From an uncultured Pelagibacteraceae bacterium (GTDB lineage: Bacteria; Pseudomonadota; Alphaproteobacteria; Pelagibacterales; AG-422-B15): 64,000 nt of DNA. The stretch is taken from contig CABZIW010000004.1 in NCBI GenBank assembly GCA_902526005.1, forward strand, positions 32,596 through 96,595. The letters are read 5' to 3'. The translations under genes were made by a program, and so were the position numbers. Below the pieces are notes generated by a model. It was not told the origin of the DNA, searched no databases, and saw nothing but the letters and a program-made list of their open reading frames with translations. Below are positions 50,129 to 59,500 of this stretch, piece by piece (the first letter of the stretch is position 1; every line of letters starts with the position of its first letter).

Positions 50129-51337
50129 TTAATCAAATCCTCCAAAATCTTGGAATAATGATGGGTCTCCAAATATATCTCCGTAATCCTGATTGCCACC
50201 TAAGGACCCTCCAGAAAGCTCTTCGTCAGTAAGTTCATTAGACTCTAAAGTTTGCAATTGTTCAAGAAATTTGGATTTTTTCTCCTTATCAGCAGCATCA
50301 ATACATGATTGTCCGTATAGATCATTTTTCACTATTTGGGTAGCTCCATAGGTAGCAAAGACCACTATTAACAATATAGCGGTAATTCCCTTTGGAATTC
50401 TAAAACCAGCTTTATATTTTTCATTAATTCTATTGTCTGCTGCTTTTTCTTTTACAAACTTTTCCTGTGATTCTGCATATCGTTTTTCTGCTCTTCTTCG
50501 TAAAACCTCATAGGTAACTGCAGCTATAATAGTTAATGCTATTATTGTTAAAGCTAATGCACTCAATGCAGGACTTATTCCCAGCCTTACTTTTGATGCA
50601 ATTACAGTTGTTAATGTTTGGTCCGATAAAATGCTAAATACAGTCGTGTTATAATTTTCAAATGAAAATAAAAAAGCAATTACTGCAGCCGATGCTATTG
50701 CGGGACTTAAGTAAGGAACTAAAATTTTAAAAAATACTTGAGTTTGCGACGCTCCAAGGTCTAAAGCTGCCTCTTCTTGAGTCTGATCAAATCTTTGTAG
50801 TCTTGCAACAAATATTAAAAAACAATAAGTAGATATAAAACAGGTTTGAGCCAAAATTGTTAGAAATATTCCGTTTCTTCCAATATCTGCAATGAACCCC
50901 TCTCCTCCTAAGCCTGCTATTCGGTCCCATAAAACGACTGTTGAAATACCAATTATCACACCAGGAAATAAAACGGGCATAATCGAGATTGAGTAATAAA
51001 TATCCCTCAACTGCGAACGCACTTGAGTTAATACTATTGCTGCGGCCATTCCAATTGGTACGGAGAGAGTTACAACTCCTGCTCCTATAATCAAACTGCT
51101 AATAATACCATCGTGAAGTCTCCAGTCAGATAAAAGCCCTGCCAGATGTTGTCCATCGTAAGCAATTTTACCCTCATTAAACCATCTAAAGCTAAAACAT
51201 TCCCAAGGTGTGATCGAAGGAAATTCTGCAGAGTTGAATGCTGTAATGCTCATGATGATTAAAGGCCCAAATAAGTATGCAAAAAATATAAAAATATATA
51301 TTCCCATCATGAAATTTATAAAATAGCTCGGTCTCAC
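50129..51337 (-). CDS. ABC transporter permease (PotC-like) with about 127-aa C-terminal extension (7th TM + acidic tail)
   Basis: 402 aa. The first ~275 aa are a 6-TM PotC-type permease. They are followed by a charged linker, the TM GITAILLIVVFATYGATQIV, and a 66-aa tail ending GDIFGDPSLFQDFGGFD. Confidence 0.85.
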   Translation of the reverse strand: MRPSYFINFMMGIYIFIFFAYLFGPLIIMSITAFNSAEFPSITPWECFSFRWFNEGKIAYDGQHLAGLLSDWRLHDGIISSLIIGAGVVTLSVPIGMAAAIVLTQVRSQLRDIYYSISIMPVLFPGVIIGISTVVLWDRIAGLGGEGFIADIGRNGIFLTILAQTCFISTYCFLIFVARLQRFDQTQEEAALDLGASQTQVFFKILVPYLSPAIASAAVIAFLFSFENYNTTVFSILSDQTLTTVIASKVRLGISPALSALALTIIALTIIAAVTYEVLRRRAEKRYAESQEKFVKEKAADNRINEKYKAGFRIPKGITAILLIVVFATYGATQIVKNDLYGQSCIDAADKEKKSKFLEQLQTLESNELTDEELSGGSLGGNQDYGDIFGDPSLFQDFGGFD

Positions 51338-52263
51338 TTAATAATTTCTCCAATCCTAACTTTAAATATTCGCATCATTGTGAGTACGAAAATTACAGAA
51401 ACAATTAACAAAATGATTGAATAAGCTGATCCCCGTGACCAGTTGTCATTCATATTAAACCACTGATATATCAATTGAGGAAACCATAAAGTATTAGGGC
51501 TACTTAAAACAACTGGCGTTGCTAGTGCTCCAACAGTTAACATAAAAACCATTGTACAGCCAGATACAATGCCTGGTTTAGCATGAGGAATAACTATTCT
51601 CCAATGCGTTCTAAAAGATGAGGAACCTAAATCTTTTGCTGCCTCGATTTGATTAATGTCCAAACTTTCGATTGCATTATAGAGTGGGAACATCATCAGC
51701 AAAATATAGGCGTATATTAAGCCGGTATATAAACCGATATCATAAGTGATAAATAGGATTCCTTGATCAAGTATTCCAACCCCAGTCAAGAAATTGTTAA
51801 TTACACCTTCGTTTGCAAACAAAATCCTCAATGCGAATGATCTAAGCAATTCATTAATCCAGAAAGGAATAATCAGAGAAACAATAAGAAGTCTAGCGGT
51901 ACTAGGGTTTGCAATTTTCGCTATATAAAATGCTATTGGATAGCAAAATAATAGATTTGCAATTGTAACAAGCATTGAAACAAAAATAGTTCTTCCAAAT
52001 ACACCTAAATCAACAAAGTTAAAAGCATCAGTAGCTGTCTTAGATCCAAATATAAAGTGGCTATAGTGTTCAAATGTATAATAATCTTCAGGTCCACCTC
52101 TTGCTAAAGGGGGGACGTTGGTTCTAAAAGATAAATCCAACATATAAAATTGTGGAATTATAACTAAGAAAACAAACCAAAATATTATTGCTACTAAAAA
52201 ATATATCGCAACTGCCTTACCGTTTTTCTTAAAAAATGGTTGAGTAAATAAAAAATTGTTCAT
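51334..52263 (-). CDS. ABC transporter permease (PotB-like)
   Basis: 309 aa, 6 TM, with an EAA-type loop (IEAAKDLGSSSFRTHWRIVIPHAKPG). 4-nt overlap with the downstream permease gene. Confidence 0.88.
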   Translation of the reverse strand: MNNFLFTQPFFKKNGKAVAIYFLVAIIFWFVFLVIIPQFYMLDLSFRTNVPPLARGGPEDYYTFEHYSHFIFGSKTATDAFNFVDLGVFGRTIFVSMLVTIANLLFCYPIAFYIAKIANPSTARLLIVSLIIPFWINELLRSFALRILFANEGVINNFLTGVGILDQGILFITYDIGLYTGLIYAYILLMMFPLYNAIESLDINQIEAAKDLGSSSFRTHWRIVIPHAKPGIVSGCTMVFMLTVGALATPVVLSSPNTLWFPQLIYQWFNMNDNWSRGSAYSIILLIVSVIFVLTMMRIFKVRIGEIIK

Positions 52264-52266
52264 GAC

Positions 52267-53364
52267 TTAATCTATAGCTAGAGATGCTTTAGGTAATATT
52301 ACTGATTTTGAAGATTCAAAACCTAGCACGATTGACGATCCTGAAGTTATAGAGGATGTATCTATGGCGTTTGGTACTGAAAATTTAATTTTTGCTCCCG
52401 ATTTAAGGCTTGCGTAAAAGTTTTTTAAATTACCTTCAAATTCAAAACTTTCAATATTCACATCAATTTTATTATCAAAGTTGTCGCCATCTCTTGGTAT
52501 AAACAAAGACTCAGGCCTAACAAATGCAATAGACTCATCTCCAATATTTAACTTTTTGCTTTCATTCATCGTTGCTAAATATTGCCCATCAGCAGTTTCA
52601 ATTTTAGCTTTATCTCCCTCAATACCTGTAACTTTTCCATATAAAGGATTATTCTCACCAACGAATGTTGCAACAAATGGTGTTAATGGATTGTTATAAA
52701 CTTCGTCGCATTTTCCAATTTGCTCAAGCTCTCCTTCATTCATGACCGCTATTCGATCAGACATTGTTAGGGCTTCTCCTTGATCGTGCGTAATATAAAT
52801 AAATGTAATGTTTACTCTTTTTTGTATTTCTCTAAGTTCAGTTCTCATTCTTTGACGAAGTTTTAAATCCAAGGCAGACAATGGTTCATCTAAAAGAAGA
52901 ACTTTTGGCTCAACAGCTAAAGCTCTTGCAATGGCTACTCTTTGTTTTTGACCTCCAGAGAGTTGATGAACTTTTTTATCTCCTTGTCCCTCTAAGGCTA
53001 TCAATTCCAAAAGTTCATCCGCTCTTTTTTTTCTTTCTTCTTTTGATACGCCCCTTACTTCAAGGGAAAACGCAATATTTTCTGATACACTCATGAGAGG
53101 AAACAGAGCTAAGTTTTGAAATATTAACGCGGTTGGTCTTTTATTTGGACCAATTCCAGACATATCTTTATTGTCAATAAGCACTTTACCTTCAGAAGGT
53201 TCTTGAAATCCAGATATAGCCCTCAACAGAGTAGTCTTTCCACAGCCTGAAGGTCCTAAGAAGCTGAAGAACTCACCTCCATTTACTTTTACATTGACAT
53301 TCTTGGCTGCATAAAAACTGCCAAATGTTACCGAAACATCACTTAACTCTACATCTGCGCTCAT
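52267..53364 (-). CDS. ABC transporter ATP-binding protein (PotA-like, with C-terminal TOBE-type domain)
   Basis: 365 aa. GPSGCGKTT, LSGGQKQRVAIARAL, LLLDEPLSALD. Confidence 0.92.
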   Translation of the reverse strand: MSADVELSDVSVTFGSFYAAKNVNVKVNGGEFFSFLGPSGCGKTTLLRAISGFQEPSEGKVLIDNKDMSGIGPNKRPTALIFQNLALFPLMSVSENIAFSLEVRGVSKEERKKRADELLELIALEGQGDKKVHQLSGGQKQRVAIARALAVEPKVLLLDEPLSALDLKLRQRMRTELREIQKRVNITFIYITHDQGEALTMSDRIAVMNEGELEQIGKCDEVYNNPLTPFVATFVGENNPLYGKVTGIEGDKAKIETADGQYLATMNESKKLNIGDESIAFVRPESLFIPRDGDNFDNKIDVNIESFEFEGNLKNFYASLKSGAKIKFSVPNAIDTSSITSGSSIVLGFESSKSVILPKASLAID

Positions 53365-53405
53365 TGATACAAATTATAATGGTTTAACTGAAAAACACGA
53401 TTCAA

Positions 53406-53434
53406 TAAAAACGCCCAAGACAATGCCTTGGGCG
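53406..53434 (-). terminator. Rho-independent terminator/attenuator between the binding-protein gene and the ATPase gene
   Basis: Minus-sense CGCCCAAG-gcauugu-CUUGGGCG followed by UUUUUAUU. The stem arms are 53412..53419 and 53427..53434, and the U-tract comes from 53407..53411. The stem is perfect, 8 bp and GC-rich, in an AT-rich genome. Confidence 0.7.
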
Positions 53435-53462
53435 CTTTTAATAACTAATCCTAGAGAACTAA

Positions 53463-54608
53463 TTACGCTGTTTCAAATTTGTTAGCGTATTCAGCTCTTG
53501 CATCAGCATACCATGGCGGTTCTGGTGGCCAAGGATTTAACTTGGTCGAAGTGTCCCCCGGGTATATTGCTTTTGCTAAAGCTTTAGTTTCATCTGAGTA
53601 ATGGTCTGAAGCTCCATTAACAGCTGAGTTATAACCGATTTCATTCACAGTTTGACCGCCTACTTCTGGTGTAAAACTGTAATTGATTAACTCATAAGCT
53701 TCATCAATGTTTTCTGCTTTTGCAGACATTGTTATACCGTCGATCCATGCCAACGCACCCTCATCAGTAGTTTGGTAAGCAACTGGTTCTCCAGCTTTCA
53801 TCATTGCTGCAATAGGGCCATCCCAGGTTTGTCCTACGACAACACCGTCAGATGTGAATCCTTGTTTCTGAGGATCGGCACCAGACCAAAATTTAACAAG
53901 ATTTCCTTTTTTTGAAATACAATAGTCAGTAATTGTTTCCCAATTCTTTCTCATTGTATCTTCATCGTTGTACGAAGACCAGAAATCCATTTTGCCTTGA
54001 TGATGCATCCAAATACCACATCCAGTCATCATTGAGTATGTTCTACCCATCATGAATGCGCCATCTATTCCAGGATTAGGCTCCCAAATATCTCCAAAGC
54101 TTGGAAGTCCATCGGGTTGCCATTTGTCAGTTCTCCAAGATATTGACTCAGTACCCCAAAGTTGTGGAACCCAGTGAGATCCTTTTCCTCCAAAATTCCA
54201 GTCACGCTCACCAACAGCTAACATTCCTGGGTTGACAGCACTTGTATTTATTCGATTCATATCAAATGGGGCAAGTACGCCAAGGTCAGCCCATTGCAAA
54301 GCTCTCATATTAGTTGGACTTGCAAGGTCATAACCGGCTCCACCACCAGCTTTCATTTTTGATATAATTTCACCGTTATCACCTATTTTAGTATGGTTAA
54401 CAGTAATTCCAGTTTTTGCTTTGAAATCTGCAACTACTGAGTCCGGCAAATATTCGCCCCACATTAAAACATTAACAACGGGAGCAGCAAAAGCATTTGG
54501 AATATACCAAGGTCCGATAGCTGCTGCTGCACCAGTTGCAGCTGCACCTTTCAGGACTGATCTTCTTGAAACTTTTGCAGCCTTAAGAGTTTTATTAATT
54601 TTCTTCAC
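53463..54608 (-). CDS. Periplasmic substrate-binding protein (PotD/PotF family) with twin-arginine signal peptide
   Basis: 381 aa. Tat motif SRRSVLKGAAATGAAAAIGP...AFA. Family-1 SBP of the polyamine/aminoalkyl type, and first gene of the operon. Confidence 0.88.
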   Translation of the reverse strand: MKKINKTLKAAKVSRRSVLKGAAATGAAAAIGPWYIPNAFAAPVVNVLMWGEYLPDSVVADFKAKTGITVNHTKIGDNGEIISKMKAGGGAGYDLASPTNMRALQWADLGVLAPFDMNRINTSAVNPGMLAVGERDWNFGGKGSHWVPQLWGTESISWRTDKWQPDGLPSFGDIWEPNPGIDGAFMMGRTYSMMTGCGIWMHHQGKMDFWSSYNDEDTMRKNWETITDYCISKKGNLVKFWSGADPQKQGFTSDGVVVGQTWDGPIAAMMKAGEPVAYQTTDEGALAWIDGITMSAKAENIDEAYELINYSFTPEVGGQTVNEIGYNSAVNGASDHYSDETKALAKAIYPGDTSTKLNPWPPEPPWYADARAEYANKFETA

Positions 54609-54879
54609 GGCTACTCCTCATTTAATTTATTTGTTTAATTAATAAAAATTTTCATACATATAGAGGTAGCTGTAAAGAATAAAGTGAAAGAAATTTAATA
54701 AGTTAATAAAACTTCTTTAAATAAATCTTTATCTAAATACATGATAAATATACATAAAAATTAACCATAAATAGATACTTTAGATTTATCCTATAAAGTA
54801 TTGATAAAAATGATTATTATTTTTATTTTTTAGCTCAGTTATTTCTTGGCTAAATTATTGTTATAAATAGACTTTTTGT

Positions 54880-55926
54880 ATGATTTTAACAACTACAATT
54901 GGCGCTTATCCTAAACCGGATTTCTTAGATTTACCTGATTGGTTCAAGGATGAGAAAGGAACAGATGCTGAATACCCAACATCTAAGTGGGAACAGGCAA
55001 GACAAAAAATGGGAGAAGAATATGAGGTTCAAATAAAACTTGCCTCACAGAGTATTATTAAAGATCAAATTGAGTGCGGGATTGATATCATTACAGACGG
55101 TGAGGTGAGACGAGAAAATTATATTCATTATCATTGTAGGCATCTTAGTGGGATCGATTTTCAAAAACTAACAAAGAAAACAGCGAGAACAGGCAATTAT
55201 GATTGTTGGCTTCCAACAATCACAAATAAAGTTGAATTCAATGGATCGTTTTTAAATAAAGAATACGAATTGAATCAGTCAATATCAAAAAACCCTATTA
55301 AAGTTACAATACCTGGACCATTGACTATCACAGATACGATTGCTGATGAATTTTATAATGATCATAAAATGTTAGGAGTAGATTTAGGAGAGGCAATAAA
55401 TAAAGAAATAAAGTCACTAGTCAATTCTGGCTGTAAATATATACAAGTAGACGAACCTTTATTTGCAAGAAAATCAAAAGAGGCAATCGAATTTGGTATA
55501 GATAATCTTGAAAGATGTTTTCATGGAGTTACAGACTGTGAAAAGATAACTCATATATGTTGTGGATATCCAGATAAAATTGATGCAGATGATTATCCTA
55601 AAGCGCCGTTAATAAGTTATTTTCAAATTGCAGATGCCTTAGAGAACAGTCTGATTGATACCATATCTATTGAAGATGCTCATAGACACAATGATTTAAA
55701 ACTACTTGAGTTGTATAAATCAAAAAAAATAATTTTTGGGTTAATAAAGGTCGCCTCAAGTGAAGTGGAAGAAATTGATGTGATAAGGGATAGATTGCTG
55801 TCCTGTCTAAACCATATTGATAAAGAGAGACTTATAGCAGCTCCTGATTGTGGTCTTGGATATTTAAGTAGGGATATGGCTATGCTTAAATTAAAAAATC
55901 TATCAAAGGCAGCAAAAAGTATTTAG
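54880..55926 (+). CDS. Stand-alone MetE C-terminal-domain-like (cobalamin-independent methionine synthase family) zinc methyltransferase
   Basis: 348 aa. TTTIGAYPKP start, DGEVRRENY, and Zn ligand motifs HICCGY and APDCGLG. The N-terminal MetE domain is absent. Confidence 0.8.
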   Translation: MILTTTIGAYPKPDFLDLPDWFKDEKGTDAEYPTSKWEQARQKMGEEYEVQIKLASQSIIKDQIECGIDIITDGEVRRENYIHYHCRHLSGIDFQKLTKKTARTGNYDCWLPTITNKVEFNGSFLNKEYELNQSISKNPIKVTIPGPLTITDTIADEFYNDHKMLGVDLGEAINKEIKSLVNSGCKYIQVDEPLFARKSKEAIEFGIDNLERCFHGVTDCEKITHICCGYPDKIDADDYPKAPLISYFQIADALENSLIDTISIEDAHRHNDLKLLELYKSKKIIFGLIKVASSEVEEIDVIRDRLLSCLNHIDKERLIAAPDCGLGYLSRDMAMLKLKNLSKAAKSI

Positions 55927-57038
55927 GCAACTAAATCTTCAGGGTTTGTAAAAGTGATGTTCAGATCTCTTGCTACATCTGCTTGAGTGCATTTATTTTT
56001 TATAACATTTAGTCCATTCATAAAATTCCTGTCATCAGATAATGCTTTTTTTAACCCTTCTCTCGCTAATTTTTTTACGAACGGAAGTGTAGCTTGATTT
56101 AGAGAGATGGTGGATGTACGGGGAACGCACCCAGGCATATTGGTTACACAGTAATGTACCACATCATGTTTAATATAAACTGGGTCTGCGTGGGTAGTAG
56201 GCTTGCTGGTTTCAATGCACCCACCTTGATCTATTGCAACATCCACGATGGCTGCCCCTTTTTTCATCTGAGAAACTAGGTCATCCGATACTAATTTGGG
56301 CGCACTAGAGCCTGGGATCAGCACACCTCCTATTAGTAAGTCACAGTTTTTAACTTCTTCGGCTATAGTTTCAGGTGTTGATATTGATGTATTGACTTCA
56401 TCATTAAAATAATTTTTTAATTCATTGAGCCTTGCTTCAGATTGATCAATAAGCGTTACATTTGATTTCATTCCATGCGCAATAAGAGCGGCATTAAAAC
56501 CTACAACTCCACATCCAATAATTACAACTTTAGCTGGCGGTGCTCCTGTTGCGCCAGATAATAACACGCCTCTTCCTTTGTTTGTCATTTCAAGAGCTCT
56601 GGCTCCTGCTTGTATTGAAATTCTGCCGGCTACTTCACTCATTGGAGCCAGTAATGGAAGCCTTCCATTATTATCGGTTATAGTTTCGTAAGCTATACAT
56701 GTTGCGCCGGAATTCATTAATCCTTCTGTCAATGCTTTACTTGCAGCAAGGTGCAAATATGTGAATAGCAGCTGATCATCTTTTAATTTTTTTATTTCAT
56801 TATCTTGAGGCTCTTTAACTTTAATGATCAACTCAGCGCGGTCGAAAATATCTTGCGCATTTTCAAAAACTGTTGCCCCAACATCCTTATAATTTTGATC
56901 GTCAAAACCTGACCCCTGACCGGCTGTTCTTTCAATGATTACTTCATTACCATCATCAATAAGTTCCTTTACACTTTCAGGAGTTAGGCCTACTCTATTT
57001 TCTTGCGGCTTAATTTCTTTAGGAACACCGATCAACAT
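55923..57038 (-). CDS. ald: Alanine dehydrogenase
   Basis: 371 aa. MLIGVPKEIKPQENRVGLTP, NAD motif VIIGCGVVG, typical length. Confidence 0.93.
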   Translation of the reverse strand: MLIGVPKEIKPQENRVGLTPESVKELIDDGNEVIIERTAGQGSGFDDQNYKDVGATVFENAQDIFDRAELIIKVKEPQDNEIKKLKDDQLLFTYLHLAASKALTEGLMNSGATCIAYETITDNNGRLPLLAPMSEVAGRISIQAGARALEMTNKGRGVLLSGATGAPPAKVVIIGCGVVGFNAALIAHGMKSNVTLIDQSEARLNELKNYFNDEVNTSISTPETIAEEVKNCDLLIGGVLIPGSSAPKLVSDDLVSQMKKGAAIVDVAIDQGGCIETSKPTTHADPVYIKHDVVHYCVTNMPGCVPRTSTISLNQATLPFVKKLAREGLKKALSDDRNFMNGLNVIKNKCTQADVARDLNITFTNPEDLVA

Positions 57039-57093
57039 ATATGACTAATTTTTATACTATTTATTAAATATTCAAAAGAGGAAAGCGCTCATT

Positions 57094-57714
57094 ATGGGTA
57101 AAAAATGGCTAAACATTGTTTATAAGGAAAAGAATTCAACCCGCCTAAAAAAACATTATAGGGAATGGGCTGACGGTTATGACAGTGACTTAAAAGACTG
57201 GGGCTACGCTTACCCAAGTAAAGTTAAACAGATTCTAGAAAAGTATATAACTGTAAAGAAAGGCTCAAAAATTCTTGATGCAGGGTGTGGTACTGGCTAT
57301 GTCGCTGAAGTTTTGAAAGCTCTTCGTTACAATAATATCGTAGGGATAGATTATTCAAAAGATATGTTAAGAGTAGCTCGCTCTAAAAAAATATATAAAA
57401 AACTAGTTTGCGAGTCGTTAAGCAAAAAAACAAGTTTAAAAGGAAATCAATTTGATTTAGTTATATGCACAGGTGTTTTGACGTCAGGTCATGTTGGACC
57501 GTCATCAATAAAGGAATTAATTAGATTAACAAAGCCTGGGGGTTATCTCATACTCTCTATTTCTGAAAAAATTTTCTCAAAACTTGGATTTAAGCGTGAA
57601 TTAGAGAAAAGATCGAATGAATACAATTATATCAAATTATCAAAACCTTTTATTGCTTTACCTAACCACAAAGATAGTGCAAGGTCGCGAATGCACACTC
57701 TTCAAAGAGTTTAA
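57094..57714 (+). CDS. Class I SAM-dependent methyltransferase
   Basis: 206 aa. Motif I ILDAGCGTGYV and motif post-II FDLVICTGVL. Substrate unknown. Confidence 0.8.
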   Translation: MGKKWLNIVYKEKNSTRLKKHYREWADGYDSDLKDWGYAYPSKVKQILEKYITVKKGSKILDAGCGTGYVAEVLKALRYNNIVGIDYSKDMLRVARSKKIYKKLVCESLSKKTSLKGNQFDLVICTGVLTSGHVGPSSIKELIRLTKPGGYLILSISEKIFSKLGFKRELEKRSNEYNYIKLSKPFIALPNHKDSARSRMHTLQRV

Positions 57715-59489
57715 CCGTGTTGCTCTTGGCTCATGTCATCAGGATTGATGCCGGCAACTTCTACTGGTTTTTTCATTGCATCTCGTCTGAAAGGTTCTCC
57801 AAGTTCTTGATTTAAAATAACCTCAATAAAAGTTGTAACTCCGTTTGACTGTTCTTCACACGCAGTTCTGAGTGAATTTGTCAACTCATCCATGGTTTTA
57901 ACTATAACACCCTTCAATCCACAGCCTTCTGCAACTTTTGCGTAGCTTAATTCTGGATCTAATTCGGTACCAACGAAATTATTGTCATACCATAATATCG
58001 AATTTCTTTTTTCGGCGCCCCACTGATAGTTTCTAAATATCACCATTGTAATTGCAGGCCATTCTTCCCTAGCGCAAGATGTCATTTCATTCATGCTTAT
58101 GCCAAAAGCTCCATCTCCAGCGAAACCAACAACAGGAATATTTGGGCAGCCTATTTTAGCTCCTAAAACTGAAGGGAAACCATAACCGCAAGGCCCAAAA
58201 AGACCAGGAGCTAAATATTTTCTACCTTCTTCAAATGTTGGATAAGCATTTCCAATTGCACAGTTATTGCCTATGTCGGATGAAATTATTGCATTTTTTG
58301 GCAAGCCATTCTGTATTGCCCTCCAAGCCATGCGAGGAGACATGCGATCTGCATCCCTGACTCTAGCTTCCTCATTCCATGATGTTCCAGGATCGTCATC
58401 TTCATGGTCCATACTACTCAATGTTTGTAACCAAGCAGATTTGGTTTGATGAATTATAGCTTTCCTCTCATCTCTATTTTTGTTTCCTGCTTCGGGAGAA
58501 AGGCTATTTAATAGTTGCTGGGCAACTTGTTTTGCATCACCGCATATACCTACTGAAACTTTTTTTGTTAATCCAATTCTATCAGAATTTATATCGACCT
58601 GAATAATAGCTGCATCTTTTGGCCAATAATCTATTCCGTAGCCAGGCAATGTTGAAAATGGGTTAAGTCTAGTGCCTAATGCAAGAACAACGTCTGCTTT
58701 AGAAATTAACTCCATAGCAGCTTTTGAGCCGTTATAACCTAAAGGCCCCACTGCAAGTGGATGACTACCTGGAAAACTATCATTATGTTGATAGCCTGAA
58801 GCAACAGGTGAATCTAATTTTTCAGCTAAAGCTTTGCAGTCATTGATTGCATCAGCTAAGACCACCCCAGCTCCTGATAATATTACTGGAAAGTCAGCAT
58901 TAGATAAAAGTTTTGCTGCTTCTTTTATTGCTTCGCTTCCTCCAGATGGTCTCTCAAATTTTATTATTGGCGGCAACTCGATATCTATAACTTGTGTCCA
59001 CATGTCGCGAGGAATATTTATTTGTGCTGGCGCGGAACCTTTGAATGCTTTTGAAATTACTCGATTTAGTACTTCTGCAACTCTAGTAGGATCTCTCACT
59101 TCCTCCTGGTAGCAAACCATATCTTTAAACAATGCCATTTGTTCTACTTCTTGAAAGCCACCTTGTCCTATAGTTTTATTAGCCGCTTGTGGAGTAACTA
59201 GAAGCATTGGAGTGTGATTCCAGTATGCAGTTTTTATTGGCGTAACAAAGTTCGTAATGCCCGGGCCATTTTGTGCAATGCACATAGACATTTTTCCTGT
59301 CGCTCTTGTATAGCCGTCTGCGATTATACCGCCATTATTTTCATGAGCTACATCCCAGAAAGTAATGCCTGCTTTTGGAAATAAATCGGAAATTGGCATG
59401 AATGCAGATCCAATTATTCCAAATGCGTGCTGTATTCCGTGTTTTTGTAAAACTTTAACGAATGCTTCTTCTGTGGTCATTTTAGTCAT
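57711..59489 (-). CDS. xsc: Sulfoacetaldehyde acetyltransferase (ThDP-dependent)
   Basis: 592 aa. N-terminus MTTEEAFVKVLQKHGIQHAFGIIGSAFMPISDLFPKAGITFWD...TAYWNHTPMLLVTPQAANKTIGQGGFQEVEQM closely matches my memory of Xsc proteins. ThDP motif GDGAFGISMNE is present. Confidence 0.88.
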   Translation of the reverse strand: MTKMTTEEAFVKVLQKHGIQHAFGIIGSAFMPISDLFPKAGITFWDVAHENNGGIIADGYTRATGKMSMCIAQNGPGITNFVTPIKTAYWNHTPMLLVTPQAANKTIGQGGFQEVEQMALFKDMVCYQEEVRDPTRVAEVLNRVISKAFKGSAPAQINIPRDMWTQVIDIELPPIIKFERPSGGSEAIKEAAKLLSNADFPVILSGAGVVLADAINDCKALAEKLDSPVASGYQHNDSFPGSHPLAVGPLGYNGSKAAMELISKADVVLALGTRLNPFSTLPGYGIDYWPKDAAIIQVDINSDRIGLTKKVSVGICGDAKQVAQQLLNSLSPEAGNKNRDERKAIIHQTKSAWLQTLSSMDHEDDDPGTSWNEEARVRDADRMSPRMAWRAIQNGLPKNAIISSDIGNNCAIGNAYPTFEEGRKYLAPGLFGPCGYGFPSVLGAKIGCPNIPVVGFAGDGAFGISMNEMTSCAREEWPAITMVIFRNYQWGAEKRNSILWYDNNFVGTELDPELSYAKVAEGCGLKGVIVKTMDELTNSLRTACEEQSNGVTTFIEVILNQELGEPFRRDAMKKPVEVAGINPDDMSQEQHG

Positions 59490-59500
59490 AACAATACTTT

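Noticed and set aside
54810-54833. A mini-ORF ATG ATT ATT ATT TTT ATT TTT TAG (MIIIFIF) that might be an attenuation leader peptide.
   Set aside because: It has no ribosome-binding site. ATT and TTT codons are what random AT-rich DNA gives. The downstream gene is not an Ile/Phe biosynthesis gene.
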